A stretch of 64,000 nt of DNA from an uncultured Fusobacterium sp. (GCA_963526615.1 CAUROF010000002.1:19462-83461), one strand, 5' to 3'. Positions 19,923 through 30,512 are shown, counted from the first letter of the stretch. The notes: generated from the sequence alone by a model not told the origin. Numbers and translations are program-made.

Positions 19923-20603
19923 ATGTCAAAAATTAATAATGATTGGAAAGAGATTTTAGAAGAGGAATTTCAGAAAGAATATTTTGTGAAATTAAAAGCT
20001 ATTCTTGAAGAGGAGTATAAGAACTACACTGTTTATCCACCTAAAAAAGATATACTAAATGCTTTTTTTCTCACTCCTTATTCAGAAGTAAAAGTTGTAC
20101 TTTTAGGGCAAGACCCTTATCATCAAAGAGGACAAGCACATGGACTTGCATTTTCTGTAAATTATGGAATAAAAACACCACCATCACTTGTAAATATGTA
20201 TAAAGAATTACAAAATGATTTAGGGCTATACATTCCAAATAATGGTTTTCTTGAAAAGTGGGCAAAGCAAGGCGTGCTACTTCTAAATACTACTTTAACA
20301 GTTAGAGATAGTCAAGCTAATTCACATTCAGGGATAGGTTGGCAAACTTTTACAGATAATATAATAAAAAAATTAAATGAAAGAGAAAAACCAATAATAT
20401 TTATATTGTGGGGAAATAATGCTAAATCCAAAGAAAAATTTATTGATACTAATAAGCATTATATTTTAAAGGGAGTTCATCCTAGCCCACTTTCAGCAAA
20501 TAAAGGCTTCTTTGGTTGTAAACATTTCAGTGAAGCAAATAGAATTTTAAAAGAATTAAATGAAAAAGAAATTGATTGGCAAATAGAAAATAAGGAGATA
20601 TAA
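19923..20603 (+). CDS. ung: Uracil-DNA glycosylase
   Basis: LGQDPYH, GVLLLNT and HPSPLSA motifs. Confidence 0.9.
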   Translation: MSKINNDWKEILEEEFQKEYFVKLKAILEEEYKNYTVYPPKKDILNAFFLTPYSEVKVVLLGQDPYHQRGQAHGLAFSVNYGIKTPPSLVNMYKELQNDLGLYIPNNGFLEKWAKQGVLLLNTTLTVRDSQANSHSGIGWQTFTDNIIKKLNEREKPIIFILWGNNAKSKEKFIDTNKHYILKGVHPSPLSANKGFFGCKHFSEANRILKELNEKEIDWQIENKEI

Positions 20604-22060
20604 TGAATATTTTTTCGGGGATAGAATATAAGGTTTTAAAAGATGTAAATTTAGATAGAAAATATGATGGTATTGAATATGATTCAAGAAAAATAAAAGA
20701 AAATTATATATTTGTTGCATTTGAAGGTGCTAATGTTGATGGACATAACTATATAGACAGTGCTGTAAAAAATGGAGCAACTTGTATTATAGTTAGTAAA
20801 AAAGTTGAGATGAAACATAATGTTAGCTATGTTTTAATTGATGATATTAGACACAAACTTGGATATATTGCTTCAAATTTTTATGAATGGCCTCAAAGAA
20901 AATTAAAGATTATTGGTGTTACAGGAACAAATGGTAAAACTTCATCAACTTATATGATAGAGAAATTAATGAGGGGTATTCCAATAACTCGTATAGGAAC
21001 AATAGAATATAAAGTGGGAGATGAAGTATTTGAGGCTGTAAATACTACTCCTGAATCTCTTGATTTAATTAAAATGTTTGACAAAACTTTAAAGAAAAAA
21101 ATTGAATATGTTGTAATGGAAGTAAGCTCTCATTCTCTTGAATTAGGGAGAGTTGATGTTATAGATTTTGATTATGCACTATTTACTAATTTAACCCAGG
21201 ACCATTTGGATTACCATTTAACTATGGAAAATTATTTTCAAGCTAAAAGAAAGTTATTTCTAAAATTAAAGGATAAGAATGATTCTGTAATCAATATAGA
21301 TGATGACTATGGAAAAAGATTATATGATGAATTTATAGTTGATAATCCTGAAATAATTTCTTATGGAATAGAAGGTGGAGATTTAGAAGGAGAATATTTA
21401 GATGATGGCTACATTGATATAAAATATAAAGAGCAAGTTGAAAAAATAAAATTTGCTTTATTAGGAGATTTTAATTTATATAATACCTTAGGAGCTATTG
21501 GAATTGCATTAAAAATTGGTATCAGTATGGAAGAAATTTTAAAAAGAGTTTCAACTATAAAAGCAGCACCAGGAAGATTTGAAGCCTTAGATTGTGGTCA
21601 AGATTATAAAGTAATAGTAGATTATGCACATACACCTGATGCTCTGGTAAATGTAATAGTAGCAGCTAGAAATATCAAAAATGTTAATAGAGTAATAACA
21701 ATCTTTGGTTGTGGTGGAGATAGAGATAGAACTAAAAGACCTATAATGGCAAAGGTAGCAGAAGACTTATCAGATATTGTAATACTTACTTCTGATAATC
21801 CAAGAACAGAATCTCCTGAACAAATATTTGATGATGTAAAAAAAGGGTTTATAAAATCAGATGATTATTTATTTGAGCCTGACAGAGAAAAAGCAATAAA
21901 GTTAGCTATCAATATGGCAGAAAAAAATGATATAATATTAATCACTGGTAAGGGACATGAAACATATCATATAATTGGAACTAAAAAATGGCATTTTGAT
22001 GATAAAGAAATTGCAAGAAGAGAAATTGTTAGAAGAAAGATGGTGGAAAATGTTAATTAG
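20603..22060 (+). CDS. murE: UDP-N-acetylmuramoyl-L-alanyl-D-glutamate--2,6-diaminopimelate-type ligase
   Basis: [11 protein letters not shown]-loop, the Mur ligase middle and C-terminal domains, and a DNPRTE motif. Confidence 0.9.
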   Translation: MNIFSGIEYKVLKDVNLDRKYDGIEYDSRKIKENYIFVAFEGANVDGHNYIDSAVKNGATCIIVSKKVEMKHNVSYVLIDDIRHKLGYIASNFYEWPQRKLKIIGVTGTNGKTSSTYMIEKLMRGIPITRIGTIEYKVGDEVFEAVNTTPESLDLIKMFDKTLKKKIEYVVMEVSSHSLELGRVDVIDFDYALFTNLTQDHLDYHLTMENYFQAKRKLFLKLKDKNDSVINIDDDYGKRLYDEFIVDNPEIISYGIEGGDLEGEYLDDGYIDIKYKEQVEKIKFALLGDFNLYNTLGAIGIALKIGISMEEILKRVSTIKAAPGRFEALDCGQDYKVIVDYAHTPDALVNVIVAARNIKNVNRVITIFGCGGDRDRTKRPIMAKVAEDLSDIVILTSDNPRTESPEQIFDDVKKGFIKSDDYLFEPDREKAIKLAINMAEKNDIILITGKGHETYHIIGTKKWHFDDKEIARREIVRRKMVENVN

Positions 22061-22886
22061 TGATGTAAATAAGGTAAAAGTTGGAAATATTGTGTTTGGT
22101 GGAAAAAAAAGATTTGTTCTAATTGCTGGACCTTGTGTTATGGAATCTCAGGAATTAATGGATGAAGTTGCAGGTGGAATAAAAGAAATCTGTGATAGAT
22201 TAGGAATTGAATATATCTTTAAGGCTTCTTTTGATAAAGCTAATCGTTCTTCTATATATTCATATAGAGGACCAGGATTAGAAGAAGGAATGAAAATGCT
22301 TGCTAGAACAAAAGAAAAATTTAATGTTCCTGTTATCACAGATGTGCATGAAGCTTGGCAATGTAAAGAAGTTGCAAAAGTAGCAGATATTTTACAGATA
22401 CCAGCATTTTTATGTAGACAAACAGATTTATTAATAGCAGCAGCAGAAACAGGAAAGGCTATAAATATTAAAAAAGGACAATTTTTAGCCCCTTGGGATA
22501 TGAAAAATATAGTTGTTAAAATGGAAGAATCTGGAAATAAAAATATAATGTTATGTGAAAGAGGAAGTACATTTGGCTATAATAATATGGTAGTGGATAT
22601 GAGAAGCTTACTTGAAATGAGAAAGTTTAATTATCCAGTTGTCTTTGATGTAACACATTCAGTTCAAAAGCCTGGTGGACTCGGAACTGCTACATCAGGA
22701 GATAGAGAATATGTATATCCACTTTTAAGAGCAGGACTTGCTATTGGTGTTGATGCAATATTTGCAGAAGTTCATCCAAACCCAGCAGAAGCAAAATCTG
22801 ATGGACCAAATATGTTATATTTAAAAGACTTAGAGGAAATTTTAAAAACAGCAATAGAGATTGATAAGATAGTTAAAGGTGTATAA
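22050..22886 (+). CDS. kdsA: 3-deoxy-8-phosphooctulonate (KDO-8-P) synthase
   Basis: [32 protein letters not shown] and HSVQ.PGG motifs. The probable start is ATG 22050 after GGTGGA, overlapping the murE stop; the tracked 25-aa extension is unlikely. Confidence 0.9.
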   Translation: MLISDVNKVKVGNIVFGGKKRFVLIAGPCVMESQELMDEVAGGIKEICDRLGIEYIFKASFDKANRSSIYSYRGPGLEEGMKMLARTKEKFNVPVITDVHEAWQCKEVAKVADILQIPAFLCRQTDLLIAAAETGKAINIKKGQFLAPWDMKNIVVKMEESGNKNIMLCERGSTFGYNNMVVDMRSLLEMRKFNYPVVFDVTHSVQKPGGLGTATSGDREYVYPLLRAGLAIGVDAIFAEVHPNPAEAKSDGPNMLYLKDLEEILKTAIEIDKIVKGV

Positions 22887-22906
22887 AATTTTATAAATTA
22901 AAGATG

Positions 22907-22947
22907 AAAATAGAGATTGTTAATTTTTTAAACATCTCTATTTTTTT
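22907..22947 (+). terminator. Rho-independent terminator
   Basis: AAAATAGAGAT / ATCTCTATTTT stem followed by a T-run. Confidence 0.6.
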
Positions 22948-23033
22948 ATATAAATTTAGTGTATAATATATTAAATCAAGCGTAAATTCTTAATTTATAA
23001 TTGATTTCAAAAAATAAAATTTAGGAGGTAAAT

Positions 23034-24662
23034 ATGGCAAAAAAATCTTATGAAGTATTAAATGACCCATTTTTAAACAAAGGAACAGCTTTCACAAAGG
23101 AAGAAAGAAAAGAATTGGAATTAACTGGACTACTACCACCACAAATTCAAACAATTGAGGAACAAGCAGAACAAGTATATGCACAATACAAAAGTAAAGA
23201 ACCTCTAATAAACAAAAGAAGATTTTTAATGGAAATTTTTGACACAAATAGAACTTTGTTTTATTACTTGTTCAGTCAACATGTAGTTGAATTTATGCCA
23301 ATAGTATACGATCCAGTTATAGCTGAAAATATAGAAAATTATAGTGAGCTGTTTGTAAATCCGCAAAATGCAGTATATTTGTCAATAGACTCTCCTGAAA
23401 CAATTGAAGAATCTTTAAGAAATGCAACAAAAGATAGAGAAATAAGACTTATAGTTGCAACTGATGCAGAAGGTATTTTAGGAATTGGAGATTGGGGAAC
23501 TAATGGAGTTGACATTTCTGTTGGAAAGTTAATGGTCTATACAGCAGCAGCTGGTATAGATCCTAAGTCAGTTTTACCAGTTGTTTTAGATGTAGGAACA
23601 AATCGTGAAACTTTACTTGAAGACAAACTATATTTAGGAAATCGTCATAAAAGAGTTTATGGAGATAAATACTATGATTTTATAGATAAATTTGTTCAAA
23701 CTGCTGAAAAACTATTCCCTAGACTATATCTGCACTTTGAAGATTTTGGTCGTTCAAATGCAGCTAATGTTTTACATAAATATTGGAAAACTTATCCTGT
23801 ATTTAATGATGATATTCAAGGAACAGGAATAATTACATTAGCAGGAATTTTAGGAGCATTAAAAATTTCTGGAGAAAAATTAACTGATCAAAGATATATG
23901 TGTTTTGGAGCAGGAACAGCAGGAGCAGGAATAGCAGAACGTATATATCAGGAAATGTTACAACAAGGTTTATCTGAAAATGAAGCTCGTAATAGATTTT
24001 ATTTAGTTGACAAACAAGGACTTTTGTTTGACGATATGGATGATTTAACTCCAGAACAAAAACCATTTGCTCGTAAAAGAGCTGAATTTAATAATGCAAA
24101 TGAATTAACAAATTTAGAAGCAGCAGTTAAGGCAGTTAGACCAACTATTTTAGTTGGAACTTCTACTCAACCAAATACTTTTACAGAAACAATAGTAAAA
24201 GAAATGGCTTCATATACAGCAAGACCTATCATATTCCCATTGAGTAATCCAACAAAATTAGCAGAAGCAACTGCTGAAAATTTAATTAAATGGACAGAAG
24301 GGAAGGCACTAGTTGCAACAGGTATTCCTGCTGATCCAGTTGAATACAATGGAGTAACTTATGAAATAGGACAAGCTAATAATGCTTTAATATATCCAGC
24401 ACTTGGATTAGGAGCAATTGCTTCAACAGCTAAATTAATGACAAATGAAATGATATCAAAAGCTGCTCATTCATTGGGAGGAATTGTTGATACAACAAAA
24501 CCAGGAGCAGCTACATTACCACCAGTATCAAAACTAACAGAATTTTCTCAAAGAGTTGCTGAAGCTGTTGGACAATGTGTATTAGATCAAAAATTAAATA
24601 GAGAAGACATAAGTGATATAAAAGAAGCTATTGAAAAAATTAAATGGATACCAAAATATTAA
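23034..24662 (+). CDS. NAD-dependent malic enzyme / malolactic enzyme family
   Basis: [14 protein letters not shown]-terminus, [19 protein letters not shown] Rossmann motif; ~540 aa. Confidence 0.85.
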   Translation: MAKKSYEVLNDPFLNKGTAFTKEERKELELTGLLPPQIQTIEEQAEQVYAQYKSKEPLINKRRFLMEIFDTNRTLFYYLFSQHVVEFMPIVYDPVIAENIENYSELFVNPQNAVYLSIDSPETIEESLRNATKDREIRLIVATDAEGILGIGDWGTNGVDISVGKLMVYTAAAGIDPKSVLPVVLDVGTNRETLLEDKLYLGNRHKRVYGDKYYDFIDKFVQTAEKLFPRLYLHFEDFGRSNAANVLHKYWKTYPVFNDDIQGTGIITLAGILGALKISGEKLTDQRYMCFGAGTAGAGIAERIYQEMLQQGLSENEARNRFYLVDKQGLLFDDMDDLTPEQKPFARKRAEFNNANELTNLEAAVKAVRPTILVGTSTQPNTFTETIVKEMASYTARPIIFPLSNPTKLAEATAENLIKWTEGKALVATGIPADPVEYNGVTYEIGQANNALIYPALGLGAIASTAKLMTNEMISKAAHSLGGIVDTTKPGAATLPPVSKLTEFSQRVAEAVGQCVLDQKLNREDISDIKEAIEKIKWIPKY

Positions 24663-24685
24663 ATTTGAAGAGAGGTGCTTAAAAA

Positions 24686-25651
24686 ATGGAAGCATTTATA
24701 ACATCAATAGGAAGTATATTATCCATAGTTTTGTTAATTGCTTTGGGATATATATTGAAAGAAAAAAAATGGTTTAGTGATAGTTTTAGTGGAAATATAT
24801 CTAAGTTGATTATGAACATTGCTTTACCAGCCTCTATTTTTGTATCTGTTTTGAAGTATTTGACGTTGAAATCTTTATTATCTTTAACAGGTGCTTTAGT
24901 TTATACTTTTTTATCTGTAATAGTTGGATATATTTTTGCATATATACTTATAAAAATTATAAATGTTCCAGTTGGAAGAAGAGGAACTTTCATAAATACT
25001 GTTGTCAATGCAAATACAATTTTTATCGGACTACCATTAAATATTGCACTATTTGGAAATGAAAGTTTACCATATTTTTTAGTTTATTATGTTACAAACA
25101 CAGTTTCAACTTGGGCATTTGGAGCAATACTAATTAGCAACGATACAAATGATAAAAATAAACAGGTGACAACTTTTGATTGGAAAAAGTTATTTCCACC
25201 TCCATTATTAGGTTTTATAGTAGCTTTAGTATTTTTATTTTTAAGTATACCTGTCCCTGCTTTTGTTAATTCTACATTAGGATATTTAGGAGGAATAGTT
25301 ACACCACTATCTTTAATATATATAGGTATTGTTTTACATAATGCTGGACTAAAAAGTATAAAATTTGATAGAGATACAATATTTGCTCTCATAGGAAGAT
25401 TTATCTTTTCACCAATTGTTATGCTTGTTTTAATAAAATTTGCTTTAGATATTCTGCCATTAAAAGAGCTATCAGCAATAGAAGTGAAAACATTCATAGT
25501 ACAATCAGCTGCTCCAGCACTTGCAGTATTACCAATTTTAGTTAATGAGGCAAAGGGAGATGTAGAATACGCAACAAATGTAGTAACAACAAGTACATTA
25601 TTATTTGTTATTGTAATACCAATTATTACCACACTATTGAGAGGAATATAA
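24686..25651 (+). CDS. AEC (auxin efflux carrier) family permease, malate-permease-like
   Basis: 10-TM protein of AEC type, located 23 nt downstream of the malic/malolactic enzyme gene. Confidence 0.75.
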   Translation: MEAFITSIGSILSIVLLIALGYILKEKKWFSDSFSGNISKLIMNIALPASIFVSVLKYLTLKSLLSLTGALVYTFLSVIVGYIFAYILIKIINVPVGRRGTFINTVVNANTIFIGLPLNIALFGNESLPYFLVYYVTNTVSTWAFGAILISNDTNDKNKQVTTFDWKKLFPPPLLGFIVALVFLFLSIPVPAFVNSTLGYLGGIVTPLSLIYIGIVLHNAGLKSIKFDRDTIFALIGRFIFSPIVMLVLIKFALDILPLKELSAIEVKTFIVQSAAPALAVLPILVNEAKGDVEYATNVVTTSTLLFVIVIPIITTLLRGI

Positions 25652-25675
25652 AAGTTATTTTTGTGGAGGTAAAAA

Positions 25676-26203
25676 ATGAATGAAGTTTTAAAAGCAATGA
25701 AAGAAAGAAGAAGTATTCGTAAATTTAAAAGTGATATGCTACCAAAAGAAATTATTGATAAGGTTATTGAAAGTGGACTTTATGCTGCAAGTGGAAAAGG
25801 ACAACAATCTCCCATTATTATTTCTGTAACCAATAAAGAACTTCGTGATAAATTATCAAAGATGAATTGTAAAATTGGAGTTTGGAAAGAAGATTTTGAT
25901 CCATTTTATAATGCACCTGTTGTATTAATAGTATTAGCTCCAAAAGATTGGGCAACTTATATATATGATGGAAGTCTTGTTATTGGAAATATGATGTTGG
26001 CAGCACATTCATTAAATATTGGAAGTTGTTGGATAAACAGAGCAAAACAAGAATTTGAAAGTGAAGAGGGAAAAGAAATTCTAAAATCTCTTGGAATTAA
26101 TGGAAACTATGAAGGAATAGGACACTGTGTATTAGGTTATATAGATGGTAATTATCCAAATACTCTGGCAAGAAAAGAAAATCGTGTTTATTATATTGAT
26201 TAG
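25676..26203 (+). CDS. Nitroreductase-family FMN oxidoreductase
   Basis: MKERRSIRKFKSD N-terminus, ~175 aa, SCWI motif. Confidence 0.8.
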   Translation: MNEVLKAMKERRSIRKFKSDMLPKEIIDKVIESGLYAASGKGQQSPIIISVTNKELRDKLSKMNCKIGVWKEDFDPFYNAPVVLIVLAPKDWATYIYDGSLVIGNMMLAAHSLNIGSCWINRAKQEFESEEGKEILKSLGINGNYEGIGHCVLGYIDGNYPNTLARKENRVYYID

Positions 26204-26275
26204 AGAGAAATTTATTTCTAAAAAAACCATAAAAACTAAGAATAGAATAAAATTAGGAAAAAGGACAGGGTAGAA

Positions 26276-26505
26276 ATGAAAGTTATTGCAATTAATGGAA
26301 GTCCGAGAAAGAATTAGAATACTCATAAATTATTAAATGCTGCCTTAGAAGGATCAAAATCTGTGGGAGCTGAAACAGAAATAATACATTTCTAAATATC
26401 ATACAGCTGTCTTTGATGAAAAATATAAAAAAAGGAAATGAAACTCAATTTCCTATTGATTTAGAGAATGCTTTTAAACTCAGGAAAGAAATTCTTAATA
26501 ATTAA
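26276..26505 (+). pseudogene. Remnant of a flavodoxin-family NAD(P)H-dependent FMN reductase (nonsense + deletion + frameshift)
   Basis: It reads MKVIAINGSPRKN*NTHKLLNAALEGSKSVGAETEIIHF*, with TAG at 26315-26317 where relatives as I recall them carry Trp. A C-terminal fragment KYHTAVFDEKYKKRK / TQFPIDLENAFKLRKEILNN follows in two frames. The central ~100 aa are absent. Confidence 0.6.
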
Positions 26506-26526
26506 TTTAAAACTTATAGAAAAAAT

Positions 26527-26575
26527 AAAAAATAGTTCATTACTGAGTAAATTTTTGTAATGAACTATTTTTATT
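26527..26575. terminator. Bidirectional terminator hairpin
   Basis: Perfect 15-bp stem AAAAATAGTTCATTA / TAATGAACTATTTTT flanked by A- and T-runs, between convergent pseudogenes. Confidence 0.6.
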
Positions 26576-27367
26576 TAATATTTCTTATTAGAAAAAGTAT
26601 CTTTTTTTAAATCGCTTAAATAAGGAATTTTAGCTCTTACTTCAGCTACTTTTACTAAGTCTATTGTAGCTATCAGTAATTCCTCATTTGTCCCACTAGC
26701 CACAATTAAAGTACTTCCATCAGGTTTTACAATTTTTGATTTTCCACAACAATTATCTCCAACAGCATTATAACCTGCTATAAAAAGTAGATTAAATAAT
26801 GAATTAGCAGCTAAATCTATATGCCATCTGTTCTCAGCAGAGAAACTCCATAAAGAAGGTACAAAAATTATCTCTGCCCCCTTTAGACATTCTATTCTTG
26901 CTGGCTCAGGAAATTCTAAATCATAACAAAGTAATACTCATATTTTTCCAAATTTTGTATTTTTTACTATAAATTTGTCTCCAGCTTTAAATTTAGTTTT
27001 TTCCTTCTTCCAAAGGTAAACTTTTCTTGCATTAGCAAGTATTTTGCCTTCATCATCAATAAAAATACAAAAGTTATAGAAATCTCTTGATTTTTTAGTT
27101 GTTTTACTTTCTAGATAACCAACTAAAATATATATTTTAAAAATTTTTGCCTTTTCTTGTAATTTTATAATAAAAGTGTTTTCAAAATCTTCTAGTAGAT
27201 TTTTTAATTAATTCATCAACAGTAATAGTATAACCTATAGTAGCTAGTTCAGGAAAACATATGATATCTACATTTTCTTTAACTGTCTCTTCTATTTTTT
27301 GAAAAATTTTTTTATAATTTTTTTCTATATTTTTCTGTTCAATTTTAATTTTCATATTTTTCCTCAT
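26575..27367 (-). pseudogene. Carbon-nitrogen hydrolase (nitrilase superfamily) pseudogene
   Basis: The tracked 61-aa ORF (27182-27367) carries the N-terminus including the catalytic FPE. The rest continues in another frame after a frameshift near 27185-27195 (..ENTFIIKLQEKA..ANARKVYLW..). An in-frame TGA at 26938-26940 lies just before the catalytic [10 protein letters not shown]. Confidence 0.65.
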
Positions 27368-27393
27368 TTTTATTTTAGTTTATAGAAATAAAC

Positions 27394-28254
27394 TTAGTAA
27401 CATTGTAAAATTAGCCAAATATTTTCAAAATTTTTATTTGCTAAATCTTCTTTTTTAATCCAAAAATAAAGATGTCCACAATCTCCAAACATTAACTCAT
27501 AATCATCAGATTCAATAGTATCCATTTGAAAAAGTAATATCCAATCTTTGCTAGCTTTTTTAATTTCATCATAGTATTTTTTAAGATAAAGATAGCCTAT
27601 TCCTCCCATATTGATTCCTCTTGTTACAGCCTCACATTCTTCTTCCATAGAATTTTGGATAACATCTGGGTAGGCAAGTAATTTTGTATACTTTTCAACA
27701 GGAACTAGATATTTTTTTGAAAGTTCATCATATGCTGAATGATAAATCTCATAAAATTCATCTTCTGTTATATCATCTAATTCTTCTTTTTCTTCTACTA
27801 AATTGAAAAAATCTTCATAAGAAGGTAAACTAATATTTGATTTAAAAGTAACTTTGAATTCTGGAACTTCACAATAATCTTTCATATCTTCTGGAAAATT
27901 AATTAATTCAAAGTTATAGGTATCTTCAAAATAAAAAACCTTAGCACAACCTTTACTTTGGGGATTATAACCCCATTCTTGTGTTTCTAATTCATAGAAA
28001 AAATATAGCATACCTTTATCTGGAAGTAATTTATCTTTATCTAGTGAACTTACTTCTTCTAAATTAATTTGAGCTAAAAAAGATAAAGGTAATTCTTGAT
28101 AATAAGGCCAGGTGAAATCTTTTGGAAGATAAGGTCTACCTCCAATCTTACTTTTATCAACTATTTCAGAATTATTATTAAATTCAGTAAAAAGAGTAAT
28201 TTCATTCTTTTTAAGATTATCTAACATTTCTGTTATAATTTTTTTAAAATCCAT
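27394..28254 (-). CDS. DUF1963 (YwqG-family) protein
   Basis: KIGGRPYLPKDFTWP near the N-terminus and LMFGDCGHLYFWIKKEDL near the C-terminus are the characteristic YwqG/DUF1963 motifs. Confidence 0.7.
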   Translation of the reverse strand: MDFKKIITEMLDNLKKNEITLFTEFNNNSEIVDKSKIGGRPYLPKDFTWPYYQELPLSFLAQINLEEVSSLDKDKLLPDKGMLYFFYELETQEWGYNPQSKGCAKVFYFEDTYNFELINFPEDMKDYCEVPEFKVTFKSNISLPSYEDFFNLVEEKEELDDITEDEFYEIYHSAYDELSKKYLVPVEKYTKLLAYPDVIQNSMEEECEAVTRGINMGGIGYLYLKKYYDEIKKASKDWILLFQMDTIESDDYELMFGDCGHLYFWIKKEDLANKNFENIWLILQCY

Positions 28255-28367
28255 ATAAAAACTCCTTATATAATATTTTTTTAGTATATAGTTTTAGTTA
28301 ATATACAATATTGTAATTCAAAAGAAAGTATAATACAATAGAAAATAATAATATATTTTAAAAGGAT

Positions 28368-28889
28368 ATGAAGGAAATGAGAGAATATAATTTTAAGGCA
28401 AGTGATAATAATGGAGAAATATTAATGGGATTGAGTTTTCCTTTTTCATTTATGGGAATAGCAGGCTTAATTTTAATATTAAGATTATACTTATTTCCAA
28501 AAATAAAATTTTTAGATTATATAAATAATTCCTATTTAGAAAGGCTAACAATAATTTTTCCAGCATTGGTAATAACACCTTATATAATGAAAATTATAAA
28601 AAAATATATAATAAAAAATTATCATATATATGGGGACAGAGATATATTGAAAATAGAAAATGATAATAAAATAATAGAATTGAGTTACAATGCCATAAGA
28701 GATGTGAAATTAACTAAAAAAGTGAGGGGTATGACTAAGTGTTATAAACTTATTATAAAAACAAGTAGAAAAAATTTAAAATTTTTTGTAAGATCAAAGA
28801 CAAATTATTTTTTTGGTGGAAGTGATGAAAATGATTTTTGTACTTTGGAAGAATTTTATTTTTTTCTTAAAGAAAAAGTAGGAAAATAA
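28368..28889 (+). CDS. Hypothetical membrane protein (2 TM plus a small C-terminal soluble domain)
   Basis: ORF with two hydrophobic segments. No family recognised. Confidence 0.35.
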   Translation: MKEMREYNFKASDNNGEILMGLSFPFSFMGIAGLILILRLYLFPKIKFLDYINNSYLERLTIIFPALVITPYIMKIIKKYIIKNYHIYGDRDILKIENDNKIIELSYNAIRDVKLTKKVRGMTKCYKLIIKTSRKNLKFFVRSKTNYFFGGSDENDFCTLEEFYFFLKEKVGK

Positions 28890-28894
28890 ATATT

Positions 28895-28936
28895 AAAAGG
28901 ATTAACTTCTACTCTTTATAGAAATTAATCCTTTTT
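28895..28936. terminator. Bidirectional terminator hairpin
   Basis: AAAAGGATTAA(C)TTCTA / TAGAA(A)TTAATCCTTTT between convergent stops. Confidence 0.55.
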
Positions 28937-28953
28937 ATTAATAAGAATATTTT

Positions 28954-29874
28954 TTATAGCCCATGGGAGCTAGATAAATATTTTTCCCCTGAATCAGTTG
29001 AAAGAATAACTATTCTTAAACCTTTATTAGGATTTTCCTTTGAATAGTCAAGAGCAGCTTTTAGAGTAGCACCAGTAGAAATACCAGCTAAAATACCTTC
29101 TTTAAAGCTTAATTCTCTCATCATTTTAAAAGCTTCCTCATCTTCACATGTTAAGATACCATCTGCTAAACTTCCATCATAGACAACAGGAATTCCACCT
29201 ATACTCATTCCCATACCTTGAATTTTATGAGGACCTATATAACCCTTTGAAAGTAATGGAGATGAAGCAGGTTCAACTGGGAAAGTTTTTATATTAGGCA
29301 ATTTTTCTTTTAATTTTTTAGCAGTTCCTGAAAAACTTCCTCCTGTTCCTGTTCCACAAATATATACATCAACTTTATTATTCATATCTTTTAAAATTTC
29401 CTCAGCAGTAGTTTCATAGTGAGCTTTTGGATTATTTACATTAGTAAATTGATTAGGAATAAAATATTTCTTTTCTTGCTTTTTAAGTTCTTCTAATTTT
29501 TCTAAACAAGCTTTCATTCCAAGAGAACCATCAGTTAAAATGACCTCAGTTCCATAAGCTCTCATAAGTTGTATTCTTTCAACACTCATAGTGTCAGGCA
29601 TAACAATTTTTAACTTATAATTTTTAACTGCACATATCATAGCAAGCCCAATTCCAGTATTTCCACTTGTAGCTTCTATAATAACAGTATCTTTATCAAT
29701 TAAACCCTCTTTTTCAGCTTCTTCTATCATTTTTAAGGCAATTCTGTCTTTTGTACTTCTACCAGGATTTGAACCTTCTAATTTTATATAAATTTCATTT
29801 CCAAAAGTATCAATATTATTAATTTTTACTAATGGGGTGTTCCCAATTAAATCAATTACAGAATTTGCTAACAT
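28954..29874 (-). CDS. cysK: Cysteine synthase A / O-acetylserine sulfhydrylase-fold PLP enzyme (CysK family)
   Basis: NPGRSTKDRIA (PLP lysine), TSGNTGIGLAM and GTGGSFSG motifs; 306 aa. Confidence 0.8.
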   Translation of the reverse strand: MLANSVIDLIGNTPLVKINNIDTFGNEIYIKLEGSNPGRSTKDRIALKMIEEAEKEGLIDKDTVIIEATSGNTGIGLAMICAVKNYKLKIVMPDTMSVERIQLMRAYGTEVILTDGSLGMKACLEKLEELKKQEKKYFIPNQFTNVNNPKAHYETTAEEILKDMNNKVDVYICGTGTGGSFSGTAKKLKEKLPNIKTFPVEPASSPLLSKGYIGPHKIQGMGMSIGGIPVVYDGSLADGILTCEDEEAFKMMRELSFKEGILAGISTGATLKAALDYSKENPNKGLRIVILSTDSGEKYLSSSHGL

Positions 29875-29920
29875 AAAAATCCTCCTATCAAACTTTATTT
29901 TTAATTTATTGTATAACTAA

Positions 29921-29972
29921 AAGAAAAAAAATAAAAGAACTCATAAAAAAAAATATAGAGTTCTTTATTTTT
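29921..29972 (-). terminator. Terminator hairpin downstream of the 30057-30512 gene
   Basis: AAAGAACTC / GAGTTCTTT 9-bp stem with flanking A-run and T-run. Confidence 0.45.
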
Positions 29973-30056
29973 CTCAAATATTATTGAAATAAAATAAAAT
30001 TAATCTTAAATAAGTTCATATAAATAGAACTTAAAAATAATATTAAAAATAATTTT

Positions 30057-30512
30057 CTATAAAATTTCTTTCAAACTTTGATATTTTCCATTGTGAACAT
30101 TAAAAAATTTTAAAATTTTACCTTTATTATTTAAGAAATTATCTAAATCTTTAATAAATTGTAATTCTTTTTCATTTAAAGAATGAATATCAGTTATTAG
30201 CTTAATTTCTTTTTCTTTTTTATGATGTAAAAAATATTCAAAAATTTCCCCATTAGCCCAAGCATCTTCATCATACCAAGACATAAGTTTAAAAAATTCA
30301 TCTAAACTCATTCCCTTAGCTTCAAGTGAAATTTGTTTTAAAAGATAATCTATTCTTTCTAGTTCTCCTTCAAAAATAGGAGCATAACCATATTCATCTT
30401 TTTCTAAAAGATAGCTATAAAATTTTTCCAAAAATATTTTTCTACCTTCTTCTAAATCTCCTACAATATGATGATAATAGTCACTTAAAATTTTAATATA
30501 AAGTATAGACAT
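30057..30512 (-). CDS. Hypothetical cytoplasmic protein (151 aa, acidic, helical)
   Basis: Clean ORF with GGAGG upstream. No family recognised. Confidence 0.4.
   Translation of the reverse strand: MSILYIKILSDYYHHIVGDLEEGRKIFLEKFYSYLLEKDEYGYAPIFEGELERIDYLLKQISLEAKGMSLDEFFKLMSWYDEDAWANGEIFEYFLHHKKEKEIKLITDIHSLNEKELQFIKDLDNFLNNKGKILKFFNVHNGKYQSLKEIL

Noticed and set aside
25087-25632. 181-aa antisense ORF inside the AEC permease gene. Similar shadow ORFs lie at 46514-46933, 45793-46080, 31752-32039, 8848-9102 and 1861-2115.
   Set aside because: They lie fully antisense to genes with clear family signatures. They have no RBS or start context and low-complexity Ile/Phe/Ser/Lys-rich composition. 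They are stop-free shadows of the sense-strand codon usage.
27182-27367. 61-aa ORF that could be taken for a small independent gene.
   Set aside because: It is the N-terminal fragment, including the catalytic FPE, of the frameshifted carbon-nitrogen hydrolase pseudogene that continues to 26575.
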